DNA of 47,399 nucleotides from Bacillota bacterium (GCA_050259635.1 JBLNBA010000003.1:1-47399), one strand, 5' to 3'; counted from the first letter of the stretch, positions 17,238 through 26,820 are shown. The notes: generated by a model from the letters alone, not told the origin. A program made the numbers and translations.

Positions 17238-17408
17238 TTAGTCTAATGACTGGAAGAAGTCGCAATGCGCCCCGGCCGAGACGTCCGCCTGCGCTTCACT
17301 GCAATAGCCGCTTCCATCCTCACGGATGAAATAGCTGGTACAACGGGCACATTGCGTCGCTTCATTCTCCCACTCTACTTTATAGTCTGCTTCTATTTCA
17401 TGTGACAT
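17238..17408 (-). CDS. 56-aa four-cysteine protein with HiPIP-like Cys spacing (not in supplied ORF track)
   Basis: My own translation is MSHEIEADYKVEWENEATQCARCTSYFIREDGSGYCSEAQADVSAGAHCDFFQSLD. The ATG is at 17406-17408 and the TAA at 17238-17240, 1 nt before the flavodoxin ATG. The Cys pattern is CxxC-x12-C-x12-C, with GYC and HCDFF contexts. Confidence 0.5.
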   Translation of the reverse strand: MSHEIEADYKVEWENEATQCARCTSYFIREDGSGYCSEAQADVSAGAHCDFFQSLD

Positions 17409-17433
17409 AGACTGATAATAATTATTGTCCTAA

Positions 17434-19506
17434 TTAAAGTCCATTTAACACCGCCCCGCTATTTCCCCTGCCTCGATCGTATAGGGTTTTGACTTCCGAG
17501 GCGGAAAGCGGACGATTGTACATTTTGAAATCCGACATCAATCCATCGGTCGTCCAGCCGTATACTTGACCGATGCTTAGGTTGCCATTATTTCTTATAG
17601 AGCCAGTAACAGCGCTGATATTACTCTCACTCGTTTGCTTGACGCCGTTTACATACGCGTATATCCTATCCGCACTTCGATCGACAACTAAGGCATAATG
17701 AGTCCACTTATTTAGCGCACTAGCGTTAGGGGAATTTAAATACAAAGATCCCCAATAGCGGTTTACGCCATCATTGATACAAACATTAATGGCTTGAGCG
17801 GCATATGAGTGTCCAAAATCCCAACCCTTGCCCCCAGTATTATAGCATTGGGGACTCGATTTTTTTATGGGTGCGATAGTTTTTGGATAAACAAAATCCC
17901 TGTATAACGCCCAAAACGAGACTGATAATTCCTCGGTATCAATAGAATCGTTATGCGCAACCTCGACAAAGGCATTCGAATTTAAATCGACATTATTTTG
18001 ATTATAGACCGGAGTACCGTAGATTTTAGCGGAATTTGTATAACCGCCCCGATCCGTAAAATACCCCCCGTTCTTATATTTATTATATAAAGGCTGGTCT
18101 ACAACTAAGCCCTTACTTAAGGAATCCCCTGTTGCTGGGGGATTATAGCTGCTATACAACAAGCTCATCTCTCCGGCCGATAAGGCACGGTTATATATTC
18201 TCACATCGGCAATATCGCCATTGGTAACGTAAGTATTAGTTTGATATCTTCCAATTTCCCTGGCTACACCTAAGAGATTGCCAGATACGGGGTTAGTTGC
18301 AGTCACTTGCCCATCAATCCATGATTTTAGGCTCGTTCCATCATAGGTAAGGCCAACCATATGCCATTTGCCATCGGTCAAACCAGAGCCACTGTTAAAT
18401 ACTTGACGCGCCTGTGCATCCGTTACCACGCCTGTCCTGAGAAAACCAGAGGTGTAAATGGACACTTCAACCGCTGAAGCTCCGGTTATAATATGATACC
18501 CGCCAGCCGGTTCTCCAGTTTTTTTAAACCAAGCGACAACCGATGTCTGTTTAACGGGATTGGCATAATTTATCGCTATCTTACTATCAACACCGTTGAA
18601 ATGCATTGCGCCGCCAGACTTCCCTGCCCTGTCATTAGTGATCGTTCCCCCCATATTCGTTCCATGGTTACCATATCCGGATATATCGGTTACCCTGCCA
18701 GAGGATGGGTCGAAATTATTTTCATCCAGCGGCCAATATCCAATTAATCCTTTTTCTATTGAGGAAATCTGATACTTTGGCTTGAATTCATTATATAATT
18801 TAGATACTTCTATTTGAGAAAAAGCCCGCTCATAGATACGTGCATTAGATATAACTCCTCCCCAAAATCTCACTGTTTGCGCTCCTTGATTTCCAAACTT
18901 TATGTTATTAATCCCAATATTACTTACAGCCGTGCCCCATAAATATGAGCCATCCAGATATACAGTTAACTGACCGGAAGTTTTAACAACTACGAGCTGG
19001 TGCCATTGTTGTCCGCTTATAGTCACTCCGGAGTTTAATGAAGCAGTAGTTGGATCCCAATAAACTTGCAAAACTGAGTTGTTCAATCGAACAGTTCCAT
19101 TGTTACTGTCTGAACCAAAAAAAGTCCTTAACCCGGTTGAGCCGAGCCTGTTAAACCAAACGGAATATGTTATATCCTGCTGTGCTGTAAAATCATAAGT
19201 TGTTACCACCTCATCGCTATTTCCGTTAAAAGCCATCGCTCCTTCGCTCTTACCATCCTTATCCGGAGCAAAAACAGCGGCATTAGTAGATACGGCATTG
19301 TTGTTATTCCCACTCTTGTCCCGGAAAGTTCTAGTAACGGCGTCATAATTTTCCTCGCTGAAATCTATATCCAAAACTAGACCGTCATTATTATTATTCT
19401 GGCCATAGCCAAAAGCCCAGCCAGCTAAAACAGCTCCCAAGAGGAAAATAGCGGCGGAGAGAGAAACCCGCAAACGCCAACCAGCTTTTCTCAGCTTAAA
19501 TCGCAT
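17434..19506 (-). CDS. surface/secreted protein with three LamG-like (concanavalin A-type lectin) domains
   Basis: N-terminal signal anchor. Three domain ends carry the LamG_3-type signature: ARIYERAFSQIEVSKLY, VRIYNRALSAGEMSLLY, FKMYNRPLSASEVKTLY. The gene is AT-rich. Confidence 0.65.
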   Translation of the reverse strand: MRFKLRKAGWRLRVSLSAAIFLLGAVLAGWAFGYGQNNNNDGLVLDIDFSEENYDAVTRTFRDKSGNNNNAVSTNAAVFAPDKDGKSEGAMAFNGNSDEVVTTYDFTAQQDITYSVWFNRLGSTGLRTFFGSDSNNGTVRLNNSVLQVYWDPTTASLNSGVTISGQQWHQLVVVKTSGQLTVYLDGSYLWGTAVSNIGINNIKFGNQGAQTVRFWGGVISNARIYERAFSQIEVSKLYNEFKPKYQISSIEKGLIGYWPLDENNFDPSSGRVTDISGYGNHGTNMGGTITNDRAGKSGGAMHFNGVDSKIAINYANPVKQTSVVAWFKKTGEPAGGYHIITGASAVEVSIYTSGFLRTGVVTDAQARQVFNSGSGLTDGKWHMVGLTYDGTSLKSWIDGQVTATNPVSGNLLGVAREIGRYQTNTYVTNGDIADVRIYNRALSAGEMSLLYSSYNPPATGDSLSKGLVVDQPLYNKYKNGGYFTDRGGYTNSAKIYGTPVYNQNNVDLNSNAFVEVAHNDSIDTEELSVSFWALYRDFVYPKTIAPIKKSSPQCYNTGGKGWDFGHSYAAQAINVCINDGVNRYWGSLYLNSPNASALNKWTHYALVVDRSADRIYAYVNGVKQTSESNISAVTGSIRNNGNLSIGQVYGWTTDGLMSDFKMYNRPLSASEVKTLYDRGRGNSGAVLNGL

Positions 19507-19536
19507 ATTTCTATTATACCAAAACCTGGAAACAAT

Positions 19537-19566
19537 TAAAAAAAGAGGGATAATATTAACCCCTCT
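19537..19566 (-). terminator. terminator-like hairpin after 19567-19986
   Basis: AGAGGG (19544-19549) pairs with CCCTCT (19561-19566). The A-run at 19537-19543 gives a U-tract on the minus strand. Confidence 0.6.
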
Positions 19567-19986
19567 TTAGGAAGCCGCATTTTGCGCAGGGATATGGAAA
19601 GCCATGACTACGCATTTTACTTCCCCGTCGCTGCGGTGATCGACAAAAAGACGATATTTGTAATCCGTTAAATTTCGGCCGCGTCCCTTAAGGCGTTCAC
19701 CCAAACGCCACAAGCTATCTTTCATCTCCTCATACAGGCAGACAAACAGCGAAATCCGCATGAGCGTTCCCTGTTTGGCACCCTTGTCATATTCTAGACT
19801 CACCGTAAAAGAATAATCTTCCTTGCTTGAAGCGATGGGATAACCTATGGTTGCCATCCTCACTTTATTGACGCAAATCTTTTCTTTATTGCTCTCCAAA
19901 AAGGAATTTGCCGCCTTCTCGATTTCTAATGCCTCCTTATCGGTGGCGGCAAACTCTATCGTCTTGTTAGTCTTTTTATAGTTCAT
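19567..19986 (-). CDS. hypothetical protein
   Basis: 139-aa ORF with an ATG start and its own hairpin terminator. I recognise no motif. Confidence 0.5.
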   Translation of the reverse strand: MNYKKTNKTIEFAATDKEALEIEKAANSFLESNKEKICVNKVRMATIGYPIASSKEDYSFTVSLEYDKGAKQGTLMRISLFVCLYEEMKDSLWRLGERLKGRGRNLTDYKYRLFVDHRSDGEVKCVVMAFHIPAQNAAS

Positions 19987-20065
19987 CTCCTGGTTGTTTT
20001 AAGGTACGGCGGGTATTATAACCCCGTCGGAGAAAGCTGTCGATACTTACTTCCAATAGACTAAA

Positions 20066-20099
20066 TATAAAAGACGGGTCATTCATGCCCGTCTTTTAT
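20066..20099 (-). terminator. intrinsic terminator after the cupin gene
   Basis: AAGACGGG (20071-20078) pairs with CCCGTCTT (20088-20095), with A/T runs on both sides. Confidence 0.7.
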
Positions 20100-20123
20100 G
20101 GTAATAATCAAAAGATATCTTCC

Positions 20124-20522
20124 CTATTCCGTGGTAGCGCCATCAAATTCTTCGGCCTCTTCTTCCGCTTGTTTCTTTGTCTTGCGCACGATCCCGTCCT
20201 TGTGATGCGGCGGAGAGTATAGCGTATAGAGCTTGAGCTTCATCTGCGATGAAGTGTTAATGATATTATGTTCCGCGCCAGCCGGTATAACCACGGCCGA
20301 ACCATCGCCGATAGCGTATTCATTGCCGTCAATGATGCACAAGCCCTGTCCCTGCTCTATCCGGATAAACTGATCGTTGTCCGCATGTATTTCCGTCCCA
20401 ATCTCCTCCTCCGGCTTAAGGCTCATAAGGACGAGCTGCGTATTTCCCCCGGTGTACAAGACTTTCCTGAAATTGTCGTTTTCGAGCGTTTCTGCCTCGA
20501 TGTTAGCATTAAATCCTTTCAT
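20124..20522 (-). CDS. cupin domain protein
   Basis: GTEIHADNDQFIRIEQGQG...GDGSAVVIPAGAEHNIIN matches the two cupin motifs G(x)5H and G(x)5PxG(x)2H. Confidence 0.7.
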   Translation of the reverse strand: MKGFNANIEAETLENDNFRKVLYTGGNTQLVLMSLKPEEEIGTEIHADNDQFIRIEQGQGLCIIDGNEYAIGDGSAVVIPAGAEHNIINTSSQMKLKLYTLYSPPHHKDGIVRKTKKQAEEEAEEFDGATTE

Positions 20523-20585
20523 ATTTTTTTAAAATTAGCTTCCTAACAAGAGCATTATAGCATAATTTGGGCTTTATTTAAAGAC

Positions 20586-20611
20586 AAAAAAAGGACTGTT
20601 TTATCAGTCCC
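20586..20611 (-). terminator. intrinsic terminator after 20618-20887
   Basis: GGACTG (20593-20598) pairs with CAGTCC (20605-20610). The A7 run upstream gives a U-tract on the minus strand. Confidence 0.75.
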
Positions 20612-20617
20612 TATTGT

Positions 20618-20887
20618 CTAAAATATTAGCAAATTCTTATCGAGCGATTTTCTTCCCAGTTTTTTAATAAGGATATTCACTCCTAGCGAGCTCAAAAGAC
20701 CTGTTCCAATAAAAGCCATTGAAGCTAAAAGAAATGAGCAATCGGCATCCGATACGCCTACCAGCCCTTGATGAGTGCTATAGCTTAGCACCCAGAAAGT
20801 GAAAGCGCACCACAAGATAAAAGCGGCAAGGAAAAGCAGAGTCAAAAGCGCACTGCCTATATAAGCAATCTTAATGATTTTTTTCAT
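20618..20887 (-). CDS. small membrane protein (3 predicted TM helices)
   Basis: 89 aa and almost entirely hydrophobic. It has an ATG start and its own terminator. Confidence 0.55.
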   Translation of the reverse strand: MKKIIKIAYIGSALLTLLFLAAFILWCAFTFWVLSYSTHQGLVGVSDADCSFLLASMAFIGTGLLSSLGVNILIKKLGRKSLDKNLLIF

Positions 20888-21022
20888 GATACGTGGTTTT
20901 AAGGTTCTACAGACATACTAACATATTTAATATAAATTGTCAATATAAGTCCGGCTAATCTTGAGGAAACCCCCTAAAAATGCTATAATATAGCCCCTTT
21001 CTTAATTAACACACCAAACCAT

Positions 21023-21811
21023 ATGCGCTCAATTTGGACGGGTTCCCTCAACTTCGGCCTGATCAACATCCCTGTTCGCATATATAGCGCTTCCGAAGAA
21101 CGAGCCATTAAATTCCGCCTACTCGATAAGCACGGCAACTGCCCGGTAAGCTACCTCAAGGTCTGTCGCACCAACGGCAAAACGGTTAAGTATGAAGACA
21201 TCGTGCGGGGCTATGAATACCAAAAAGGAGACTTCGTCATTCTTAGCGACGAAGAACTCAAAAGGGCCGCCCCCAAGAAAACCAAGCTTATCCAGGTAAT
21301 GAACTTTGTTTCGGAAGACGAGATCCCGGAGAAGATTGTAAACAAGCCATACTATATCGAACCGGACGCCAAGGCGGAAAAAGCCTATGTCCTTCTCCGC
21401 GAAGCCTTGAAAAAAGCGGACAAGGTGGGCGTGGCCAAATTCGTCCTCAGGGACAAGGAACATCTTGCTATCATCAAGCCGGAAGACAAGGCGCTCATGC
21501 TCATCACCCTCCGTTACCAGGACGAGCTCCGGGAACCGGAAAAGCTAAACATCCCGGAAAATAGCGACTTCTCTCCCAAGGAACTGGATATGGCGCTCAT
21601 GCTCATCAACCATCTCGAGGAACATTTCAAGCTATCGGATTACAGCGATACCTATACCAAAGAGGTGAAGAAACTCATCGAGAAGAAGGCCCAGGGCAAA
21701 CCCATCCGCATCAAAGACGAGAAAGAACCGCCCATGACGGATATGCGCAATCTCATGCAGACCCTAAAACTTAGTCTCGAACGGGAAAAAACAAAAACGA
21801 GAGGAAAATAA
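21023..21811 (+). CDS. ku: Ku DNA end-binding protein (NHEJ)
   Basis: MRSIWTGSLNFGLINIPVRIYSA is the characteristic bacterial Ku N-terminus. The size is 262 aa and the tail is basic. Confidence 0.92.
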   Translation: MRSIWTGSLNFGLINIPVRIYSASEERAIKFRLLDKHGNCPVSYLKVCRTNGKTVKYEDIVRGYEYQKGDFVILSDEELKRAAPKKTKLIQVMNFVSEDEIPEKIVNKPYYIEPDAKAEKAYVLLREALKKADKVGVAKFVLRDKEHLAIIKPEDKALMLITLRYQDELREPEKLNIPENSDFSPKELDMALMLINHLEEHFKLSDYSDTYTKEVKKLIEKKAQGKPIRIKDEKEPPMTDMRNLMQTLKLSLEREKTKTRGK

Positions 21812-21812
21812 T

Positions 21813-24182
21813 ATGGCCCTCCAAGACTATAAGCGCAAACGTAATTTCGGACGAACGCCCGAGCCTTCGCCCGGCGAAGGCACTCCTGCCGGTCGTTTGC
21901 GTTTTTTTGTCCAAAAGCATGCCGCCTCCCACCTCCATTATGATTTCCGCCTCGAGCTTGATGGCGTCCTTAAAAGCTGGGCCGTCCCCAAAGGACCTTC
22001 TCTAAAGCCGGCAGACAAGCGCCTAGCAGTAATGGTGGAAGATCATCCGCTAGACTATGGATACTTCGAAGGCCGCATACCCAAAGGCAACTACGGTGCC
22101 GGCACCGTCCAGGTCTGGGACAAAGGCATCTATACGGAAGCATCCACAGACAAACTCCTGGAAGCGCAAAGGAACCTAAAGAAGGGACTCAAGAAAGGCC
22201 ATATCAAAATCGTCCTCTACGGCGAAAAGCTCAAAGGAGGTTTTAATCTGGTGCGCCTGCAAGACGGGAAGAACTGGCTGCTAATCAAAGAAAAAGATGA
22301 GTATGCCGATCTCGGAAAAAGGAAAAAGAACGATCCGATGCCGACAGGCATAAAGCCGATGCTGGCCAGGCGGCTAGACAAACCCTTCGACCGCAAGGGC
22401 TGGATCTTTGAAATCAAATGGGACGGATACCGTGCGCTTGCAGAAATTTATAAGGGAAAAGTAAGACTATATTCTAGGAATGGAATAGATCTAAGGCACC
22501 GTTTTCCTCAAATCACCAAAAACCTCGAGGAATTAGCGATAGATGCCGTCTTGGATGGAGAAATAATCGCCATGAAAGACGGGCTTCCAAATTTCCATGC
22601 ACTACAAGACCAGGCATCTAAAGCTCCCATCATCTATACCATCTTCGATCTCCTCTACTTAGACGGGAAAGACCTCCGCTCCCTGCCTCTAAGGGAAAGA
22701 AGGGCCCGCCTGCAGACCCTCTTGCCAACAGATAACATCATCATTTCCGAAGCCATCGAGGAAGCAGGAAAAGCCCTCTTTAAAGCCGCTAAGAATAAAG
22801 GACTGGAAGGCATTATCGCTAAAGATGTGGATAGTACCTATCAGGAAGGCGTCCGCTCTTCCTCCTGGCTAAAAATCAAGGCGATCGAGACCCAAGAAGC
22901 GGTCATTATCGGCTACACCGCGCCACGGGGCGGGCGCAGGTATTTAGGCGCCTTAGTCCTTGGCTCATATGACCAAGGGAAACTCAAATATATTGGTCAT
23001 TCCGGAGGAGGTTTTAGCGAGAAAGAACTTGAACACCTCATCACGCTACTGGGAAAGATAAGGCGCCAGACCAGTCCGGTCAAGGAAAAGGTCCCTACCA
23101 ATTCACCCATCACCTGGGTCCGCCCCCAATATGTCTGCCAAGTCAGTTTCAGCGAGTGGACTCCGGACGGACGGATGAGGCACCCCGTATATCTGGGATT
23201 AAGGAACGACAAGCCTCCTAAAGAAGTAAGCAAGGAGGTGCCGGGGACAAAAATAAAAAAGCTAAAGCCTATGAAAAAAATTAATCAATATAAGATCAGC
23301 AACCCGGAAAAGGTATATTGGCCGGATGAAGGCTACACCAAAGGAGATCTTCTCGATTACTACGACCGGATCGCCGATTACATCCTCCCCTATCTCAAAG
23401 ACCGCCCGGAAAATCTTTCCCGGCACCCGGATGGAATAAAGAAAGCGGGCTTCTATCACAAAGACATCACTTTCGCTCCTCCGGATTTTGTAAAGACAGA
23501 AAACATTTGGTCAGACCACAACGAGGGAAAGATAAACTATCTGCTCTGCCAAAATAAGGAATCTTTGCTGTATATGGCCAATCTCGGCTGCATCGAGATC
23601 AACCCCTGGAACTCGAGGATAAAGAACATCGACAAGCCGGATTATATGGTTATAGATCTCGACCCGGGAAAGAAAAGCTTCGAAGATATAATTACGATCG
23701 CCAAGGAAACGCACAAGGTGCTGCGCTTGGCTTGCGAAGACAGCTATATCAAGACCTCGGGAAAATCCGGCCTACATATCTTTGTCCCTACCGGCGGACG
23801 TTATTACTATGAACAGATAAAAGACCTTGCCTATCTCATCGTTAGGATCGTCAACCGCCGCCTGCCGGCCCTCACTTCTCTTGAACGGATTCCCGGCAAA
23901 CGCAACGGAAAGGCCTATCTGGATTATCTCCAGAACAGGAGAGGACAAACCATTGCCTCGGCATATTCTTTACGCCCGGTGCCAGGAGCCCCGGTATCTA
24001 CCCCTCTCGAATGGAAAGAAGTGAAGACGGGCCTTGATCCGAAAAAATTCAATATCGAGACGATCTTCCCTCGCCTGGCAAAGAAAGGCGACCTATGGAA
24101 GCCCATCGTCAAAGGCTCCCTTAATCTGCAGCAAACCTTGCGCTGTTTGGATAAGAATTTCAGTAAAGAAATAGGGAACTAA
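21813..24182 (+). CDS. ligD: multidomain ATP-dependent DNA ligase LigD (phosphoesterase-ligase-polymerase order)
   Basis: PE domain HYDFRLELDGVLKSWAVPKGPS, ligase motif I EIKWDGYR, and the C-terminal primase-polymerase domain (MVIDLDPG, KTSGKSGLHIFVP). The start lies 1 nt after the ku stop. Confidence 0.92.
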   Translation: MALQDYKRKRNFGRTPEPSPGEGTPAGRLRFFVQKHAASHLHYDFRLELDGVLKSWAVPKGPSLKPADKRLAVMVEDHPLDYGYFEGRIPKGNYGAGTVQVWDKGIYTEASTDKLLEAQRNLKKGLKKGHIKIVLYGEKLKGGFNLVRLQDGKNWLLIKEKDEYADLGKRKKNDPMPTGIKPMLARRLDKPFDRKGWIFEIKWDGYRALAEIYKGKVRLYSRNGIDLRHRFPQITKNLEELAIDAVLDGEIIAMKDGLPNFHALQDQASKAPIIYTIFDLLYLDGKDLRSLPLRERRARLQTLLPTDNIIISEAIEEAGKALFKAAKNKGLEGIIAKDVDSTYQEGVRSSSWLKIKAIETQEAVIIGYTAPRGGRRYLGALVLGSYDQGKLKYIGHSGGGFSEKELEHLITLLGKIRRQTSPVKEKVPTNSPITWVRPQYVCQVSFSEWTPDGRMRHPVYLGLRNDKPPKEVSKEVPGTKIKKLKPMKKINQYKISNPEKVYWPDEGYTKGDLLDYYDRIADYILPYLKDRPENLSRHPDGIKKAGFYHKDITFAPPDFVKTENIWSDHNEGKINYLLCQNKESLLYMANLGCIEINPWNSRIKNIDKPDYMVIDLDPGKKSFEDIITIAKETHKVLRLACEDSYIKTSGKSGLHIFVPTGGRYYYEQIKDLAYLIVRIVNRRLPALTSLERIPGKRNGKAYLDYLQNRRGQTIASAYSLRPVPGAPVSTPLEWKEVKTGLDPKKFNIETIFPRLAKKGDLWKPIVKGSLNLQQTLRCLDKNFSKEIGN

Positions 24183-24237
24183 AAAAGGCCCAATAAATAT
24201 TGAGCCCTAAGATCAATGTAACCTCTCCCTTGTAATA

Positions 24238-24717
24238 TTAGATCCTTTGGAAAGCATAGGCCCAGCATTTGCTTTGGCCGGAGTAGTCTGGCAACAATAC
24301 GGTCCTGAGGATAAAGATTCCATTTTCATAGATTAATGCCAGCTGCTCGCTTTTTCCCTCCTCGATAAAAGGGTCGTGGAAAGCTAGCACCGTTTGGAAA
24401 TTGAAACTCTCCATGAAGTCGGCCTTGAGAGAAATGAATAGCAGACAGGCGGCTTCGAGACAAATGTTGCCACATAACTGGCGTCTCGACTCAAAAGCCA
24501 ATAACTGATAGCTCAGGTGCGACCGATGGAATGAATGGCCGTCGAACAATACCACTTCATAAAGAGAGCGGCGATAATAGGGGCGAGCTACGATCTTTTC
24601 CTCAACATCACCTGCGACCTGGACCCCTGCCTGCCTGAGTCGCTTGACCCAATCCGAAGGCTTATCCCCTGCAGACAAAAAGACGTCATGCATCATACCT
24701 TTTTCTCCAATTTTCAT
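24238..24717 (-). CDS. hypothetical protein
   Basis: 159-aa ORF downstream of, and co-directional with, the EEP-fold gene. I recognise no motif. Confidence 0.5.
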   Translation of the reverse strand: MKIGEKGMMHDVFLSAGDKPSDWVKRLRQAGVQVAGDVEEKIVARPYYRRSLYEVVLFDGHSFHRSHLSYQLLAFESRRQLCGNICLEAACLLFISLKADFMESFNFQTVLAFHDPFIEEGKSEQLALIYENGIFILRTVLLPDYSGQSKCWAYAFQRI

Positions 24718-24795
24718 AGTACTCCGTTTTTTAAAGAGCTAACTCAGCATACCATATTTTTGCGCCTTCATCAAGCCCAAACTTAAATAAGCACG

Positions 24796-25533
24796 CTAAT
24801 GAGTGAATTCTAGGGACAAGGGCAAATGGTCAGATACGTCATCTTGAAGCACCCTGAAATCTATAACCTTGAGACCACTTGTGACAAAGGCATAATCCGC
24901 AAAGGGCATTACTATTTGTTTTACATAGTTAGCGTTCCTTGTCGTCTTAAAAGCACCCTCACGCACAAGATTCCTCATCCCATGCTCCTCGAACTTCATA
25001 ATCGCGGCGGTATCCATATCCAAATTGAAATCGCCAACTAAGATATTAGGCCTGTCACCAACGATGCGTTCTAACACGCGTTTTGTCTGCACTCCCCTTT
25101 CCGGTGTATCGCCTTTCGATCCCCCCGGAATCCCGTGAAAATTATGGACTATCAACCCATCCCCAAGGAAAATGGTTTGCATTACCCGAGGATAATAATT
25201 ACTGCCATCCGCTCTCTTTAAATGTCTTGTTTCCTCGGCACTAAGTATAAGACTAGACTCAACTTTTTCCACCACGATATTCTTGCGCACGAAAGAAGCG
25301 AGGCCAACCCCGGGAACCATAGGAATATAATGGCCAATATAGTCAGGGAGCAAGGTCTGCATATCGGCATAGAATTCCTCATGTTCCAATGGCGGCCTAT
25401 CGCCATTCTTATATCCGCCATTTCTTACTTCTTGAAAACAGAAAATATCCGTTTTGTCCGCCAAACCTTTAATGAAACCGGTTAGCTGTTCCCACCTAAT
25501 TCCGCACCAAGCATTTAATGATATTAATCGCAT
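24796..25533 (-). CDS. endonuclease/exonuclease/phosphatase (EEP) family protein
   Basis: The N-terminus MRLISLNAW...IFCFQEV and the C-terminus DVSDHLPLSLEF are typical EEP catalytic motifs. An alternative ATG at 25560 would add 9 aa. Confidence 0.7.
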   Translation of the reverse strand: MRLISLNAWCGIRWEQLTGFIKGLADKTDIFCFQEVRNGGYKNGDRPPLEHEEFYADMQTLLPDYIGHYIPMVPGVGLASFVRKNIVVEKVESSLILSAEETRHLKRADGSNYYPRVMQTIFLGDGLIVHNFHGIPGGSKGDTPERGVQTKRVLERIVGDRPNILVGDFNLDMDTAAIMKFEEHGMRNLVREGAFKTTRNANYVKQIVMPFADYAFVTSGLKVIDFRVLQDDVSDHLPLSLEFTH

Positions 25534-25754
25534 ATTATTATATATGCTAAATAATAGCATCGTTTATTAACAAAAACCACTTATTTCAATGGATTCAGAA
25601 CTAAATTTATAACTTTCCGCTTATCCTTAGGATTACTTTCTGCCACTAATAGAGTAAGGGCAGTCAAGGCGGAAGTACTTTCTAATTACAAAAAATACAC
25701 CGTAAATGGTGCATTTTTTTACGAAGAGAAATGGAATGCGTTAATCGTTTCCAA

Positions 25755-26681
25755 TTATTCTTTAGTCCCCTTTCTAATATTTTCTAAATTTTCCAAAACT
25801 TGGCCGCTTTTCTCATCACTTTCAAACTTATTAAAATAATCATACACCAGCCTGTCTATGTCTTTATCTTCATAGATATCATAGTAAGCCAGGATCCTGA
25901 GAGAATTCTTACCAAACATTTTTTCTATTTCTCTCAGGTGCATCATTTCCCCGGTAAACATGCCCTCTTCGAATTTCTTTAGCAGATCATCTTCTGGAAG
26001 TAATTCTTTCTCTGACAATTTCCTTAGCAACATGCTTGAAAATTGGCTATAACGACCTTTTATAGGCTTAAAAAAGCTTTCTTTATCTTCCTCTGATACA
26101 TTCTTATCGCCAAAATAAGATATATTATCTTTAATATCCTTGATATTGCCAGACAATATTTTTGAAACGATTAATTCCGTTAAACCTTCATTTAATCCGA
26201 CAAAATTACGAGCATCATATTCATTATATCCCACCCGAGCGACCTGATATAATTTATCGTTTTCATCCAAATTGATTTTATGGAAAGAATAGTAATGGAT
26301 CATTTCATGCATCAAAGTGTGAAATGTTTCCAAGCCGTTCTTTTTTAGACAAATTAAACCCGCCTCCATAATATAACCACCGGCGGTTTTATCTTCTTTC
26401 TCAAATAATTTATTAAAGTTATCAGTTGTAAAAAACTTTATCTTCTCTTCAAGAATCGGCGCCACTGTTATGCCAAAAAGCTTAATTTCTTTCTGTAAGT
26501 AATTATTATAACTGTTGATCACTAAAATATCTTCGGTGGTTTTTTCTTCTTCAATCTCCGAGTTAAAATATTCCGCCACGCTATTCGTCTGCTCTTCAAT
26601 CGAACCGAATCTACTATCTTCCCCCTCCCTCTTATTTATTATCCTATTTGAGATAGGCGGTAAATCAAATTTGTTTTCCAT
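25755..26681 (-). CDS. hypothetical HExxH protein (possible gluzincin-like metallopeptidase)
   Basis: TLMHEMIHYYSF is followed downstream by GLNEGLTE. There is no signal peptide. The gene is very AT-rich and Lys/Glu-rich. Confidence 0.45.
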   Translation of the reverse strand: MENKFDLPPISNRIINKREGEDSRFGSIEEQTNSVAEYFNSEIEEEKTTEDILVINSYNNYLQKEIKLFGITVAPILEEKIKFFTTDNFNKLFEKEDKTAGGYIMEAGLICLKKNGLETFHTLMHEMIHYYSFHKINLDENDKLYQVARVGYNEYDARNFVGLNEGLTELIVSKILSGNIKDIKDNISYFGDKNVSEEDKESFFKPIKGRYSQFSSMLLRKLSEKELLPEDDLLKKFEEGMFTGEMMHLREIEKMFGKNSLRILAYYDIYEDKDIDRLVYDYFNKFESDEKSGQVLENLENIRKGTKE

Positions 26682-26820
26682 AAAAGTATAAGTTATTTCT
26701 TTATATATTATATCATATCATTCCCAAGAATGAACTTCCCATAAAAAAACAACTCTAATATTCGTGCTATTAATAATAAAGGAAAGACGGTGGTGTAGCA
26801 GGAACGGTAATTGTTAACAA

